64,000 nucleotides of DNA, taken from contig OZ244999.1 of assembly GCA_965223265.1 (NCBI GenBank), forward strand, positions 4,448,001 through 4,512,000. Direction: 5' to 3'. Made by a program: the position numbers and the translations under genes. The DNA is from Planctomycetota bacterium. GTDB taxonomy: Bacteria > Planctomycetota > UBA8108 > SXIK01. Under the pieces are notes generated by a model. That model worked only from the letters and a program-made list of their open reading frames with translations, had not been told where the DNA came from and did not search any database. Below, in pieces: positions 43,551-55,105 of the stretch (within the stretch, counting starts at the first letter, position 1; every line of letters begins with the position of its first letter).

Positions 43551-44819
43551 TCAGCTTTCAGTAATCGGTAGGTACTGATTCGGCATCTGCAAGATAATGA
43601 CGGCGACAGCAGTAGCATAGTTTTGGCCGACGAGATCCTCCCAGCTGCCATCCGCTCGCTGGAGCGACAGGAGCTCGTCGCGTATCCGATGGTACCACCG
43701 CTCCCAGTACGTCCCGCCAGCCTGAAATGCCGCCTGTATCCCATAGTAGTGACCATAGTAGAAATCATACCGATCGCGAGGCTCAGAATGCGCGCGGTGG
43801 ATGGAGTCCCAGTCTCTCCAAAGGAGTTCCAACCCTTCCCGTATCTCGTAGGACTCGTATTCGCCCGCGCCGTAGAGCGTGGCGACGCCACACGCGTTGA
43901 GTGCGAAAGATTGGCGGCTACCGCGGTGAAACGGGAGCAACTGGTAGCTGAAGCCCTTGCCTCGCAAGTAACTGTTTTTGACGTAGCGAATCGCCGCGTC
44001 GATCGTCGAGCGCGGCACAAAGATGCCCGCGTTTCGTGCCGCGCGGAGTGCCATCACTTGGCACACCGTCACCGACATATCGGCATCGACCGCGCGCGGC
44101 AGGTAACGCCACCCGCCCTGCTCATTCTGCGACTGAACGATCAGGCCGACCGCACGTCGCAGCGCATCTTCGAGTCGCTCAGCCTCAGGATAGAGGCTCG
44201 CCCCGTACGCCTCTGCTAGAAAGAGGGTAGCGAACGCGTGACTATACATGCGCGAGTTGGAAACGCTGATGAACCCTTCCGGCGAGGTGCTATCAATCAC
44301 AAAATCGAGCGCTCTGCGGATAGATCGGCAATAAGCCTGACGCGGCCCCTCGGTCGGCAAAGCGCCACTCGAGAGAAACGCAAGACCAGCAAGCGCCGTC
44401 GAGCCGACGTGACGAGACTGCGTACAATCGTAAAAATAGTGAACTTTGCGACCAACAAAGTCAGTCCACGAGCCATCCGGATTCTGGCTGCGGTAAAGAA
44501 ACTCGAGACCGCGATCGATACTCTGGCGAGTTGACTGATCGACAGCAATCGAACGTGGTGCGCGGCGATCAATCGCGGGCGTAGGCATGGCCTGCGCATC
44601 GATCTCAATGAAAGGCAGCCCAGATAGAAAAAGAGCACCGGCGATCACGAGCCAACATCTTCCCGGCCGGTGGCGCGAACCCTCACCAGAGCAGACGGCA
44701 GCAACGTCAGACGGTACCAGACCGGCAGAGCGAGAGGAGCGAAAGAGACCCCAGCGCTCGGCGCCGTACGTGCCGGAGACTCTTCGTGGGCACTGAGGAG
44801 GGAATCTACTCTGCATCAT
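43551..44819 (-). CDS. Second exported QW-repeat (prenyltransferase-like) protein
   Basis: SQNPDGSW, SQNEQGGWRY, LQRADGSW; ADMSVTVCQVMALRAARNAG. Start placed at the ATGA overlap with the upstream stop. Confidence 0.85.
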   Translation of the reverse strand: MMQSRFPPQCPRRVSGTYGAERWGLFRSSRSAGLVPSDVAAVCSGEGSRHRPGRCWLVIAGALFLSGLPFIEIDAQAMPTPAIDRRAPRSIAVDQSTRQSIDRGLEFLYRSQNPDGSWTDFVGRKVHYFYDCTQSRHVGSTALAGLAFLSSGALPTEGPRQAYCRSIRRALDFVIDSTSPEGFISVSNSRMYSHAFATLFLAEAYGASLYPEAERLEDALRRAVGLIVQSQNEQGGWRYLPRAVDADMSVTVCQVMALRAARNAGIFVPRSTIDAAIRYVKNSYLRGKGFSYQLLPFHRGSRQSFALNACGVATLYGAGEYESYEIREGLELLWRDWDSIHRAHSEPRDRYDFYYGHYYGIQAAFQAGGTYWERWYHRIRDELLSLQRADGSWEDLVGQNYATAVAVIILQMPNQYLPITES

Positions 44820-47269
44820 GACCCGCTCTCCGCGACGCCGGATACGTAAGCGAGCACGTCTTCGTGCGACGTCAACAAGACCAGACTCTCTGAGACTTGC
44901 ACTCGCCACGGGCGCTCCCGCAGATCCTCACGTCGACTCGTGAGATTCTTGACGTCGCCGAAATCGAAACTGATCAGCTTCAGGAAACCATCGTCGACGA
45001 CCAGCAGACCTTGGTCTGTCAGCGCGCCGGGACCAGCGATCTTTCTCACACCGAGCTCCGGAGGCGCTGTCTCCAACGTGCCGCGCTGATTCTCAGCCGC
45101 GTCCCGCACGTTGAGTCGAGCAACTCCGACATGCTCGATCGCAAAATAGAGGTAGTCGTCGTGATAACCGAGGAGATGCTTGTACTGTCTCGAGCGGGCG
45201 TGCGATCGATAGATCCAGCGCACGGTTCCGGCCTGTGCACGACCACCGGGTCCGAGTCCGGTGTCGATCGCGTAGAGCACCTGCGAATCACGCGGCGTCA
45301 CAATCAAAAGGTCGTCGACCAAGAGGAGGGAATTCGCGCCCCAGTGGATCGACCGGTGCTCCGGGTCTTTCCTCAGCGTGTTGGGGATGGGAATCGTCTC
45401 GTATGTTGTCGCCCAGAGCGGATTCCCAGTTGCGAGTTCAATCGCGCACACCAGCCCTAGCTGCGTCGCGTAGAAGACGACACCTTCGTGCTCAAGAATC
45501 GCTCCGGGCAACGGTTCGCGGCCAAGCTCGCCGAACATTGTTTGCTCAACCTGAAAGCTGGCGAGGCGACGTTCCCATACGAGGTTGCCGTCGCGAAGAT
45601 CGTGCGCACGCAAACGCGAGCTCAGGAACCCCCGCTGCATCCAACCACCTGCGACGACGAGCCCCTCCTTCACGACCACCGGTGAGTGGTAGCTAAACGC
45701 TTTCTCCCCGGCGCTGGCCCCGGCGCCACGGAGCTGGCGCAGCGTCCGGGCGTCTCGCCTCGGCCGCCGCGGCGACGGCACACGCGCGGACTCCTTCTTA
45801 GTGGCCCACAGGACACGGTCTGGCTGCGCCGCATCGAACGCCACCAGGCCGCGAATCGGAAGCGGCTCGTTGATGGTGTAGCCGGAGTACTTTGCTTGCG
45901 ATACCGCGTCGCTCAGAAAGGTTCCGACGAGCACCTCGTTGGGCAGGTCCGCCAAGAGTTCACACTGCTCCCGTGAACGGCGCCAGAGCGTCACGTTGTG
46001 CAAGTACGTCGTGCTTGAGCTGTGCCCAAAGCGATCGCGCAATCCCGGGCGCGCGAAGCGCTCCACAAGCCGACCGCAATCGGCACGCGCGTCGAGGTGA
46101 TGCAAGGCCCACGGACACGCGATAAAAAGACGGTCATCATCTAGGAGCGGCAGCACCGCCTGGCCAAGGGGAGGACCCCTCGATGAGACTCGAGCAGCCC
46201 CGGGCGAAGACCAAAGGGAATTCTTCCAGCTCAATGACAACACCGTCGATGCGAGGTGGGGAGGCCCGCTGGCACCCAGCTCTCCCCCCCAGCGTGACGG
46301 CGAATCGATGTCAGCAGGCCGAAATCCACTCACGACAGCCCAGCGAAAAAGCGTCTCCGGATCGTCGCCAGCCATCTGCCGCTGCGTGAGTCGCTTGCCG
46401 ACCTCGAGATGGTAAGGCAGCTTTTTGAGAATCGGATGCGCATCTGCGGTGGTGATCGGAAGATGCCCCGCCGGCCCGATCGCTGCCATCTCGCCGCGCT
46501 CCAAGACGCGCCACCCTAGCGAGCGATAGGCCATCCAGAGTTTTGCACGAACGCGCACGGTGTCGCCGCCACCGTTGACGACGCGCCGCCACCACCGGAG
46601 GGCCACTAACCTCTTCGAGTTCTCCCAGCAAACATCTCCGAGTAGCTCGGCGGCGCGGCGCCCATCTGAAGTATGAAAGAATCGGCGAGCCACCTCCTCC
46701 AGACGCCCGACGTCGCCGCTACGTTCGAATTCTTCAAACAGCGCGGCTGCAGTGGCGTCGTAGCGTTCGCGGTACGCCGACTTGAGGTCTTCTGGAAGAT
46801 GCTCCACGATCTGTTCAGCCACAACAGACGCCGGCAGAAATCGACGGGGTGACCACCGAGTCTGAGGTCGCGATCGCACGCGGCTGGCCCGCGTCGGCGT
46901 CACAGCCTTCGGCGCCACCGGGGCGGCTTCGACCGCCGTCGCCAATGGCGCGGTCAAAAGAGATTCATGACGCACTTCGAAGAGCGAGGAGGCGCCGCCC
47001 TCGATTGCCTCTTGCAACAACTCCAGGCCACGCTCGCGACGCGGTGAGGTCAACGCCGACAGCGCTCGCGCGACATGCCGGCGCCACTTCATGTCCTCAA
47101 GCGGCACCGAAACCTGATCATTGCTGAAAATCGGCTGCTGCCCCAGAGCCGCTACCGTCACGACGACCATCACCACGAGGCGACGACGAGCCGTTCGCAA
47201 ACGGCTCGCGCGCGTTTCGTCCGCCTCCGGCGATACGTTCTGGAAGAGCATCGTCCGTCTCGTCATCAC
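44816..47269 (-). CDS. PQQ-type beta-propeller protein with N-terminal helical region
   Basis: Repeats AHDLRDGNLVW, AIELATGNPLW, LYAIDTG...RW; N-terminal hydrophobic segment. Confidence 0.8.
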   Translation of the reverse strand: MMTRRTMLFQNVSPEADETRASRLRTARRRLVVMVVVTVAALGQQPIFSNDQVSVPLEDMKWRRHVARALSALTSPRRERGLELLQEAIEGGASSLFEVRHESLLTAPLATAVEAAPVAPKAVTPTRASRVRSRPQTRWSPRRFLPASVVAEQIVEHLPEDLKSAYRERYDATAAALFEEFERSGDVGRLEEVARRFFHTSDGRRAAELLGDVCWENSKRLVALRWWRRVVNGGGDTVRVRAKLWMAYRSLGWRVLERGEMAAIGPAGHLPITTADAHPILKKLPYHLEVGKRLTQRQMAGDDPETLFRWAVVSGFRPADIDSPSRWGGELGASGPPHLASTVLSLSWKNSLWSSPGAARVSSRGPPLGQAVLPLLDDDRLFIACPWALHHLDARADCGRLVERFARPGLRDRFGHSSSTTYLHNVTLWRRSREQCELLADLPNEVLVGTFLSDAVSQAKYSGYTINEPLPIRGLVAFDAAQPDRVLWATKKESARVPSPRRPRRDARTLRQLRGAGASAGEKAFSYHSPVVVKEGLVVAGGWMQRGFLSSRLRAHDLRDGNLVWERRLASFQVEQTMFGELGREPLPGAILEHEGVVFYATQLGLVCAIELATGNPLWATTYETIPIPNTLRKDPEHRSIHWGANSLLLVDDLLIVTPRDSQVLYAIDTGLGPGGRAQAGTVRWIYRSHARSRQYKHLLGYHDDYLYFAIEHVGVARLNVRDAAENQRGTLETAPPELGVRKIAGPGALTDQGLLVVDDGFLKLISFDFGDVKNLTSRREDLRERPWRVQVSESLVLLTSHEDVLAYVSGVAESGS

Positions 47270-47440
47270 ACTCGATCAGACCTCGTTGGACTCAAAAACG
47301 ACTCCAATCATGTCGTCAGCGGTTTCGTCGAGATCCATTCAGCGACTTCCTCAGCCTCGCACAGTCGTTCGGTTTGGGTGTGTGGCCACCAACAACAGTT
47401 TACCTCAAGTCGGACGCGGTCGCCGCCTGGGGATCGCACG

Positions 47441-49978
47441 TCAGAGAAGACGAAAAGCCTTTCGCAGCATCCACTCGATGGCGATCAAAGTCGTGAAAGC
47501 GATCAGTACCCACGGCTCGTCCCACACCGAATCGTCGTGGAAACCGCCGCGCTGCAGCTGCGACCGCCCCTTCACGCCGTCGATCAACTCACCAGCCCGA
47601 GACATCTCATACACCGCGCCGCCTGTCGTCGCGGCGATCTCCTTGAGCACACCGTCATTGCGGCGCGGGTCACGAAGCTCGACGGTCGGTACGGCGACGT
47701 TCACAGCTCGAAACGTCAATTTCTCAGCCGCCGTTCCCAGCCACAGCTCGTGCGTCCCAAGACGATCCGCAACCACTGTGCCGAAGTACGTGCCGCGCCC
47801 ACGCACTGGATCGAGATCGAGCTGAACCTCGCGCGGCAAATCAGCGTCACCGAGCGCTTTGTGGTAAACGGTCAGCTGTGGATCCGAAATCGGTCGCAAA
47901 TTCGCATCAAAGACCCTGCACTGCACGTTGATCGACTCACCCAGTTGATACGTGCTCTTGTCCGTCGTGATGCTATATCGAGGCGTTTTTCCTAGCAGTC
48001 GCCCGGTTGCAGCGAAACGACACACCTGTCCCCAAAAACGTTCGACAAAGCGCGGATCAAGCGCACGCCAACGCCAAGTCGCATCCACTGCGCTAAAGAA
48101 CGTTCGTCCTTTGCCGTAGTTCATGTATGCAAAAATCGGCATCGCCTTGCCATCGTCGAGGTGCCGGATCTTCTCTGGGTGAGTCGCCAGCACGACGGCC
48201 CCCTTCTTGGCACGCCCGACTTCGGCGAACCAAAAGAAACCAGGTAGATTCTCAAACGCTCTCTTGAGTGGATTCTCCCACAACTCAATGTTGCGCTCGG
48301 GGTCGTTGTCGAGCCGCATGAGGCTGTGTTCCTTACCTGCGGGCGTCAAACGAACGTTGAACGACTGCGTGATCGGTGCATCGTTGTAGACCCATGCGAC
48401 GCTCTGACCTTCCGGCACTTCCACTGGCAACAGACTATAGAGTTCGGTGTCGCGGTAGTGCACGGGGTTGGCGCTGTCACCGGCAATGAACACGACGCCG
48501 CCGCCGGCCTCGTCAACGAATTCTTTGATGAGCGCCATTTCGTTTGCGGACAGAAAACGCGCGCTTCCGGAACGATCCGTACTGACGTCACCAATGATGA
48601 TGACGTGGTACTTGAACAGCTCACTTTTCTCCGCCGGAAAGCGGCGCAGCGGTGGGACATCGCGTGAACTCTCCTGGATGAAATCGTCGTCCGCGGAATA
48701 GAGCAGCACCTGCGCTTCCACCGTCGGGTCGCGCACCAGCGTCGACTTCAGGAAGCGATACTCATAGCGTGGACGCCCTTCGACGTAGAGGACGCGAATC
48801 TTCTGATCGAGCACTCGAATCGGCTTGGACTTCCGATTGTTGTCGGCGAAGAGTTCGCCGCCAAGCACCTCCACCTCGACTGTTGCGGTGAAATCGCCCG
48901 GATCTGGTGGCTGATACTCAAGGCGCACGATTTGCCGTCGGCCGTCACCCTCAAGGACGACGGACTCACTGTCGACGGTGAGAGCGTCGAACTTCAAATC
49001 GACGCGGACGGACTCGCCTTCGAACCCATCAGCAACAATCGAGACGTCAAACGGGACCTTGTCTCCGGCCAAAACGACGTCATTCGCTTCCAGGTGGATC
49101 AGGCGGATGTCCTTGGGTTCATTCGGGTTGCCGACGGCGATGCAGTGGACAGTGATTCCTCGCTGTCGAAGGCGCCGTGACACATCGCCGATCGTGTTGG
49201 CTCCGCCTGTATCCTGCCCGTCCGAGATCAGGACGACGCCGGCAATGTCTCGGTGCCGCGCTCCGAAGCCGCCGCCGCGAGCACTGGCGACCGAATCGAT
49301 CAACGCATCGGCAATCCTCGTTTGCCGCACGCGCTCGTCGACACGAAGCTTCGAGTAATCCGGGAGCATGTCGGCAGCCCGTGACGCTTCGGTGGCATCG
49401 TCAAGCACCGCGGCGTCCTTTTCTTTAAGCCGCGTCAGCGTATCCAGTCGCTGAATAGCCGACGAAAACGAAAACACCGCCACCTCCGCCTTGGAACGGA
49501 GACGATGAATCAATCGGATCTCGTCGTCGCGAAACAGTCGCCGCACAAGATCGTAGCGCTTCGTCGACTCAATGGTGTCTGGGCTGGCACGAAAGAACGC
49601 CGCAAGGTCGTCCACCAACTCTCGATCCGAGTACTTGTCCGCGATATCCATGCTCAAAGAATCATCGACAAGCACAACGAACACCGACTCTTGAACGAGG
49701 AACTTGGTCGTCCGCACGACTGGCTCGCCGATCATGAGAAGGATCATCACGATGACCGCCACACGAATAGAGATGAGCCCCCATCGCACAACACGACCGC
49801 CCGAAAGGCGCTCGCGCCGGTAGATGAACCGCACAAACAGCACAACGACCGGCAAGATCACGAGCAGAAAAAACCACGCGGGAACACCACTCAGCCAACG
49901 AAACTCTCTGAGCGTTTCCTCCTCGGCCTGCGCCAACATGACAGGCGCAGAGCGGAACATGTCGATTAAAGGGTTCAT
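47441..49978 (-). CDS. Membrane protein with vWA, Ig-like and GATase1-like domains
   Basis: Two N-terminal TM helices; MIDAS DDSLS..T..SDG; VLYVEGRPRYEYRFL; GGGVVFIAG; TWRWR; C-terminal IEWMLRK. Confidence 0.85.
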   Translation of the reverse strand: MNPLIDMFRSAPVMLAQAEEETLREFRWLSGVPAWFFLLVILPVVVLFVRFIYRRERLSGGRVVRWGLISIRVAVIVMILLMIGEPVVRTTKFLVQESVFVVLVDDSLSMDIADKYSDRELVDDLAAFFRASPDTIESTKRYDLVRRLFRDDEIRLIHRLRSKAEVAVFSFSSAIQRLDTLTRLKEKDAAVLDDATEASRAADMLPDYSKLRVDERVRQTRIADALIDSVASARGGGFGARHRDIAGVVLISDGQDTGGANTIGDVSRRLRQRGITVHCIAVGNPNEPKDIRLIHLEANDVVLAGDKVPFDVSIVADGFEGESVRVDLKFDALTVDSESVVLEGDGRRQIVRLEYQPPDPGDFTATVEVEVLGGELFADNNRKSKPIRVLDQKIRVLYVEGRPRYEYRFLKSTLVRDPTVEAQVLLYSADDDFIQESSRDVPPLRRFPAEKSELFKYHVIIIGDVSTDRSGSARFLSANEMALIKEFVDEAGGGVVFIAGDSANPVHYRDTELYSLLPVEVPEGQSVAWVYNDAPITQSFNVRLTPAGKEHSLMRLDNDPERNIELWENPLKRAFENLPGFFWFAEVGRAKKGAVVLATHPEKIRHLDDGKAMPIFAYMNYGKGRTFFSAVDATWRWRALDPRFVERFWGQVCRFAATGRLLGKTPRYSITTDKSTYQLGESINVQCRVFDANLRPISDPQLTVYHKALGDADLPREVQLDLDPVRGRGTYFGTVVADRLGTHELWLGTAAEKLTFRAVNVAVPTVELRDPRRNDGVLKEIAATTGGAVYEMSRAGELIDGVKGRSQLQRGGFHDDSVWDEPWVLIAFTTLIAIEWMLRKAFRLL

Positions 49979-52284
49979 ACCGCTCTCCTACCGAAGAGCC
50001 ATGCGAGGACCGACTCGCAAACCAGCAGAGCCAGAACTGCGGCGATCGCCGCGCGCCAAAACTCTCGACCGCGAGCTAGGGACTGCTCCTCCGCGACGTC
50101 CTCAAGACGCTGCTCGACGTCAAGCGCCTGAAATTTCAAGTTATCGTACACGCGCCGCAAGTCATCCTCTTCGAGGCGTGTCAGATCGCCTTCGTCGCCC
50201 TCAACGTTGGCGCAAAAATACTCGACCGTGTCTTCCTCAGGCGAGTGGGGCCGACGAAGGTCGAGTCTGTAGATGCCAGGAATCGCAGTATCCTCGTGGA
50301 GAATGCGAAACGACTTTTCGGTTTCGTCCTGACGCATCGTCTTGTGCGCGTTCCGAATGCGTTCACCACCACTCAGTCCGGCGAAGTCAATCGGCAACTG
50401 CAGCGTCACCTCCGACGCGAACTCCTCCGCCGGGTAGACGCGCGCGAACGGCATTCCGACACGGAGGTTCGAGGTGTCCGATCTGAAGGTCATAAGATAG
50501 TTGATCGTCTCGTGCAGCAAGATGACGAAGTCGGGATAGTCGGACAGATCTGTCCACGCTTGATCCGCAGTCGCGTTCACCCAAAACACTCTTCCCCTTC
50601 CATACGCGGCGTCGAAGAGAGCCGGCGTCTTCTCAGCATCCGTGTAACGGTGGCTGATCCGAAACCTGCGCGATTCCTCAAGCAGCGGCTCGACAGCAAA
50701 GTAGCGGGTAAACGAAGCGAGCGGTCGATGTAGGTCCGTCTCCGTCGCGTGGTCGTGGAAGTATTTGGCCAGCGGATGCGCGCCGTCGCTCACACCGAGG
50801 TGAATGGGAAACGCTGGATCGCCTCGCACGTCGCCCAATCGCACGGGCAGGAGACTCTCGCCGCCCTCCTCGTGAAAAAGCTCGTGGTAGAGGTCAGCTT
50901 GAACGCGATCCCCGAAAAAACCAAGAAGGAGGCCCCCACCCTTGACGAATGCCTGCATGCGCTTGACGTCAGCGCGCGCGAACGAGCCGACGTTGGCACA
51001 AACGATGAGCGAAAAGTCGTCTAGCTCTACATCTGACAGCTGCTCGGCCTGCACGACGAGTGGCTCGAAGGGTGTCAGGCGCCCCTCGATCGAGGCCATG
51101 GAATCGTCCTCGGCCGCCAGCGCCAGTTGCAAATGAAACGTCTCCGCGTCGAGCGGGTCCGTGCCAGGATCGCCGTCGACGAGAAGGACGCGAACCGCTT
51201 CCGCCACGTTCGTGACAAGAAATCGCTTGTTGTCGAGCCCCAGCCCGTCGGAGCGCAGTTCAGCAACGACACTGTGGTCGCCAGCGCGGTCAAAACGATA
51301 TCGCATCGTCCGGGTGACGAATCCGTGTGCCGGCACGCGGACGACATGGCCGAGCTGCGGTTCCGCTGCACCTTCGGAGAGGTCGGGGTCGACTTGAATC
51401 GTCAGGTCAACGTTGTCTATGTCGGTATCGCCGAAGTTCTGAACCGTGGCGCTGAGCTCGACCCAAACGTCGCGCGCCACGACAGTCGGAGCCACCGACA
51501 GGTCCGCAAGCGCCAAGTTAGGTCGAACCGCACCCGGACCGAGCACAGCAAGAGAAATCTGCCCACCATCAGCTTGCAGCTTGTCAATAAACTGACGGAC
51601 GCCTGGATAGCGCGGCTCGTCCCCGGTCAGCCAGTCCTTTCGTTGCAGGTCGCTGAAGAGAACGATGCGTTTGGCTTCGGGATCTCCGGTGTCAGTGACG
51701 AATTGATTCGAAAGCTCTTCAAGGACTGCGAAGCTTGCGCCAAGATCGACCGAATCAGAGCTCAGCGAGAGTCGCTCAAGCTCAGTTCGAAGAGTCGAAG
51801 CGAACGCATCCGTGACGATCGTGCGCGGCACGAGGACTCGTGGCTGCCGCTCGAACGTCATGACAGCAACGGCATTTCCCTTATCGATCAACGTCTCGGC
51901 AACTTTCAGAAGCGAGTCGCGCGCCGCGTCGAAGAGACTCTGGTTGTCTTCGTCATAGCTCATGCTGTACGAGGCGTCGATGGCAAGAATCCAGTTGCGG
52001 TCGTCCCCCGCCACACCTCCCAGGCTAGTTGTGCGGAACACTGGCCGCGCCATCGCCAGCGCCAAGAAAAAGAGGATCGCACAGCGAATCAACAGGAGGA
52101 GAAGATTCTGCAGCTGAATCCTCTTCTGATGCCTCTTCACTGCCCGCAGCAAGAACTCCATCGCGGCCCAGCGCCGGCGGCGGTAGCGATGTCGCTGGAA
52201 CAGATAGATCAGGATCGGCACCGACACGAGCAGCATGCCGAAAAGAAGCTGGGGCTGGAGAAAAAACTGGCTCAAGGTCGGCAC
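49975..52284 (-). CDS. BatA-domain / vWA / CARDB-like membrane protein
   Basis: 'VPILIYLF...RWAAMEFL...LLLLIRC...ARP' BatA N-terminus; DASYS; FSDLQ; DNKRF; C-terminal TM ending CESVLA. Confidence 0.88.
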   Translation of the reverse strand: MPTLSQFFLQPQLLFGMLLVSVPILIYLFQRHRYRRRRWAAMEFLLRAVKRHQKRIQLQNLLLLLIRCAILFFLALAMARPVFRTTSLGGVAGDDRNWILAIDASYSMSYDEDNQSLFDAARDSLLKVAETLIDKGNAVAVMTFERQPRVLVPRTIVTDAFASTLRTELERLSLSSDSVDLGASFAVLEELSNQFVTDTGDPEAKRIVLFSDLQRKDWLTGDEPRYPGVRQFIDKLQADGGQISLAVLGPGAVRPNLALADLSVAPTVVARDVWVELSATVQNFGDTDIDNVDLTIQVDPDLSEGAAEPQLGHVVRVPAHGFVTRTMRYRFDRAGDHSVVAELRSDGLGLDNKRFLVTNVAEAVRVLLVDGDPGTDPLDAETFHLQLALAAEDDSMASIEGRLTPFEPLVVQAEQLSDVELDDFSLIVCANVGSFARADVKRMQAFVKGGGLLLGFFGDRVQADLYHELFHEEGGESLLPVRLGDVRGDPAFPIHLGVSDGAHPLAKYFHDHATETDLHRPLASFTRYFAVEPLLEESRRFRISHRYTDAEKTPALFDAAYGRGRVFWVNATADQAWTDLSDYPDFVILLHETINYLMTFRSDTSNLRVGMPFARVYPAEEFASEVTLQLPIDFAGLSGGERIRNAHKTMRQDETEKSFRILHEDTAIPGIYRLDLRRPHSPEEDTVEYFCANVEGDEGDLTRLEEDDLRRVYDNLKFQALDVEQRLEDVAEEQSLARGREFWRAAIAAVLALLVCESVLAWLFGRRAV

Positions 52285-53303
52285 TCCTCCGTACCCCCGT
52301 TCGACACGGACGACATAGAAGTGCTACTACGTCGCTCGACGGCGACAGACGAACCACGCGCCAATCCGTGTGCAGAGGTCTGATTCGAGATCACGTCGTC
52401 ATACTCCCGGCGCGCTTCGCGAGAAACGACGTCAAGGCGACGTGAAGCTTCTGGCGCGTGTCGAGTTGGACGTAGTCGATCTGATTCTGACGACACACCT
52501 TTCGCAGCTCCTCTAGGTACGCGTTTAACTCCTCTAGATAGCCGCGCCTGAGCGCCCGCGGATCGGCCACGAGCTCCGGCAAAGCCTCCATGCCCTCAAA
52601 GAGCGTCATGCGCTGGAAAGGAAACGTCAGCTCCTCGTGATCGAGCACATGAAAGACCAGAACTTCATGCTCTTTGTAGCGCAAATGCTGTAGGCCGCGC
52701 GTGACGTTTTCGATACTGTCGAAACAGTCGGAGATAATCACGACCAAGCCCTTGCGCTTGATGCGGTCTGCGAACTCATTGAGGATCATTCCGAGATCGG
52801 TCTTGCCGGCTCGTGGCACCGTGTCGAGTACGTCGAGAACGTTCTGCAGCTGGCCGGGACTCGAGCTCGGAGGCACAAACTGGCGGACACGATCATCGAA
52901 CACAGCCATCCCCACCGCATCCTGTTGCCTCAAGACGAGGTAGGAGAGCGCTGCCGCAATGTACGTCGAGTACTCAAACTTCGAGATCACCGGATCGTCG
53001 CCGCGACGCCCGCCTCCCGCCTCCGGGTAAGCCATTGACTCGGAGGCATCCAGCAGGACATAGAGCTTGAGGTTCGTCTCCTCTTCGTACTGCTTGATGT
53101 AAAACCGGTCGGAACGCCCGAAGACCTTCCAATCGATATGGCGGATATCGTCGCCGGGCACATATTCGCGATGTTCTGCGAACTCGATGCTCAGGCCGTG
53201 ATAAGGGCTGCGATGAAGACCTGAGATGAAGCCCTCAACGATCAGCCGCGCCTTGAGCTCGAGACGCGAGATATTGGCCAGGACCTTCGGATCTAGATAG
53301 CGT

Positions 53304-54404
<1,101 letters not shown>

Positions 54405-55105
54405 TGTCCTGACTCCTTCTCTCTTTGGAGCACCTCACCGGAGGAATCCCTCGGCTTCCACCAGACGGGTCGCGTCGATGGTGCCAGGTCGCAGACTTCT
54501 CGCAGATCCGCGGCGATAGCCTGAGCTCCTGGCGGCGCCTGCCGCAGTCGCCACAGGCCGCCTCTCAACTCCGAGCGACTTCTCCCTGGGAAGCTGCTAA
54601 AGCCTTTCTTCACAATCAGTTTCAAATGCGGTGCCCCATCTTAGGGGGACCCTTGTGGCATTGCAATTGGCGGTTTGCGCCGCGCTGTCGGGCGCGGCTC
54701 GCACCACCCCATCATCTTGTCGGCCTTTTGGGGAGATAACACGACTAAATCCTTGATTTCCGCGACCACAAACTTATCCTTAGGGCCCCCTGTAATGATC
54801 CAACTCGTAGCGATTCTCCAGGCGCTGGCTTTCTTTCAGCGCGGTGGCTTTCTTCAGCCGCGCATTTCTGAGGCTGCGCCTAGCTCAGGGGCCCAGCGGT
54901 TGCCACTGCGAGTGGCTCCCCTCTCCTCCGCCGCCTCGCAGCGCAGGGCGCCGGCTCTGCGAGCGATGGGATCAGGCCCTCGGTGGCCGAATTCATCGCG
55001 CCCCCGTGGAGAAACGCCGCCGCGGCGCGGTAGCATCTGTGGCGATCGCTGTCGCGGCGCTAGCGCGACGTGCACCGCCGGAACAAAGCATCAATGAGGA
55101 CAGCC

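Noticed and set aside
36822-44819. Squalene-hopene cyclase call for the QW-repeat proteins
   Set aside because: About 400 aa (single barrel), no DxDD motif, and signal peptides present.
44816-47269. Membrane-coat-like protein or true BamB
   Set aside because: The helical part precedes the propeller (reverse of coat architecture), there is no clear lipobox, and the context is the MoxR cluster.
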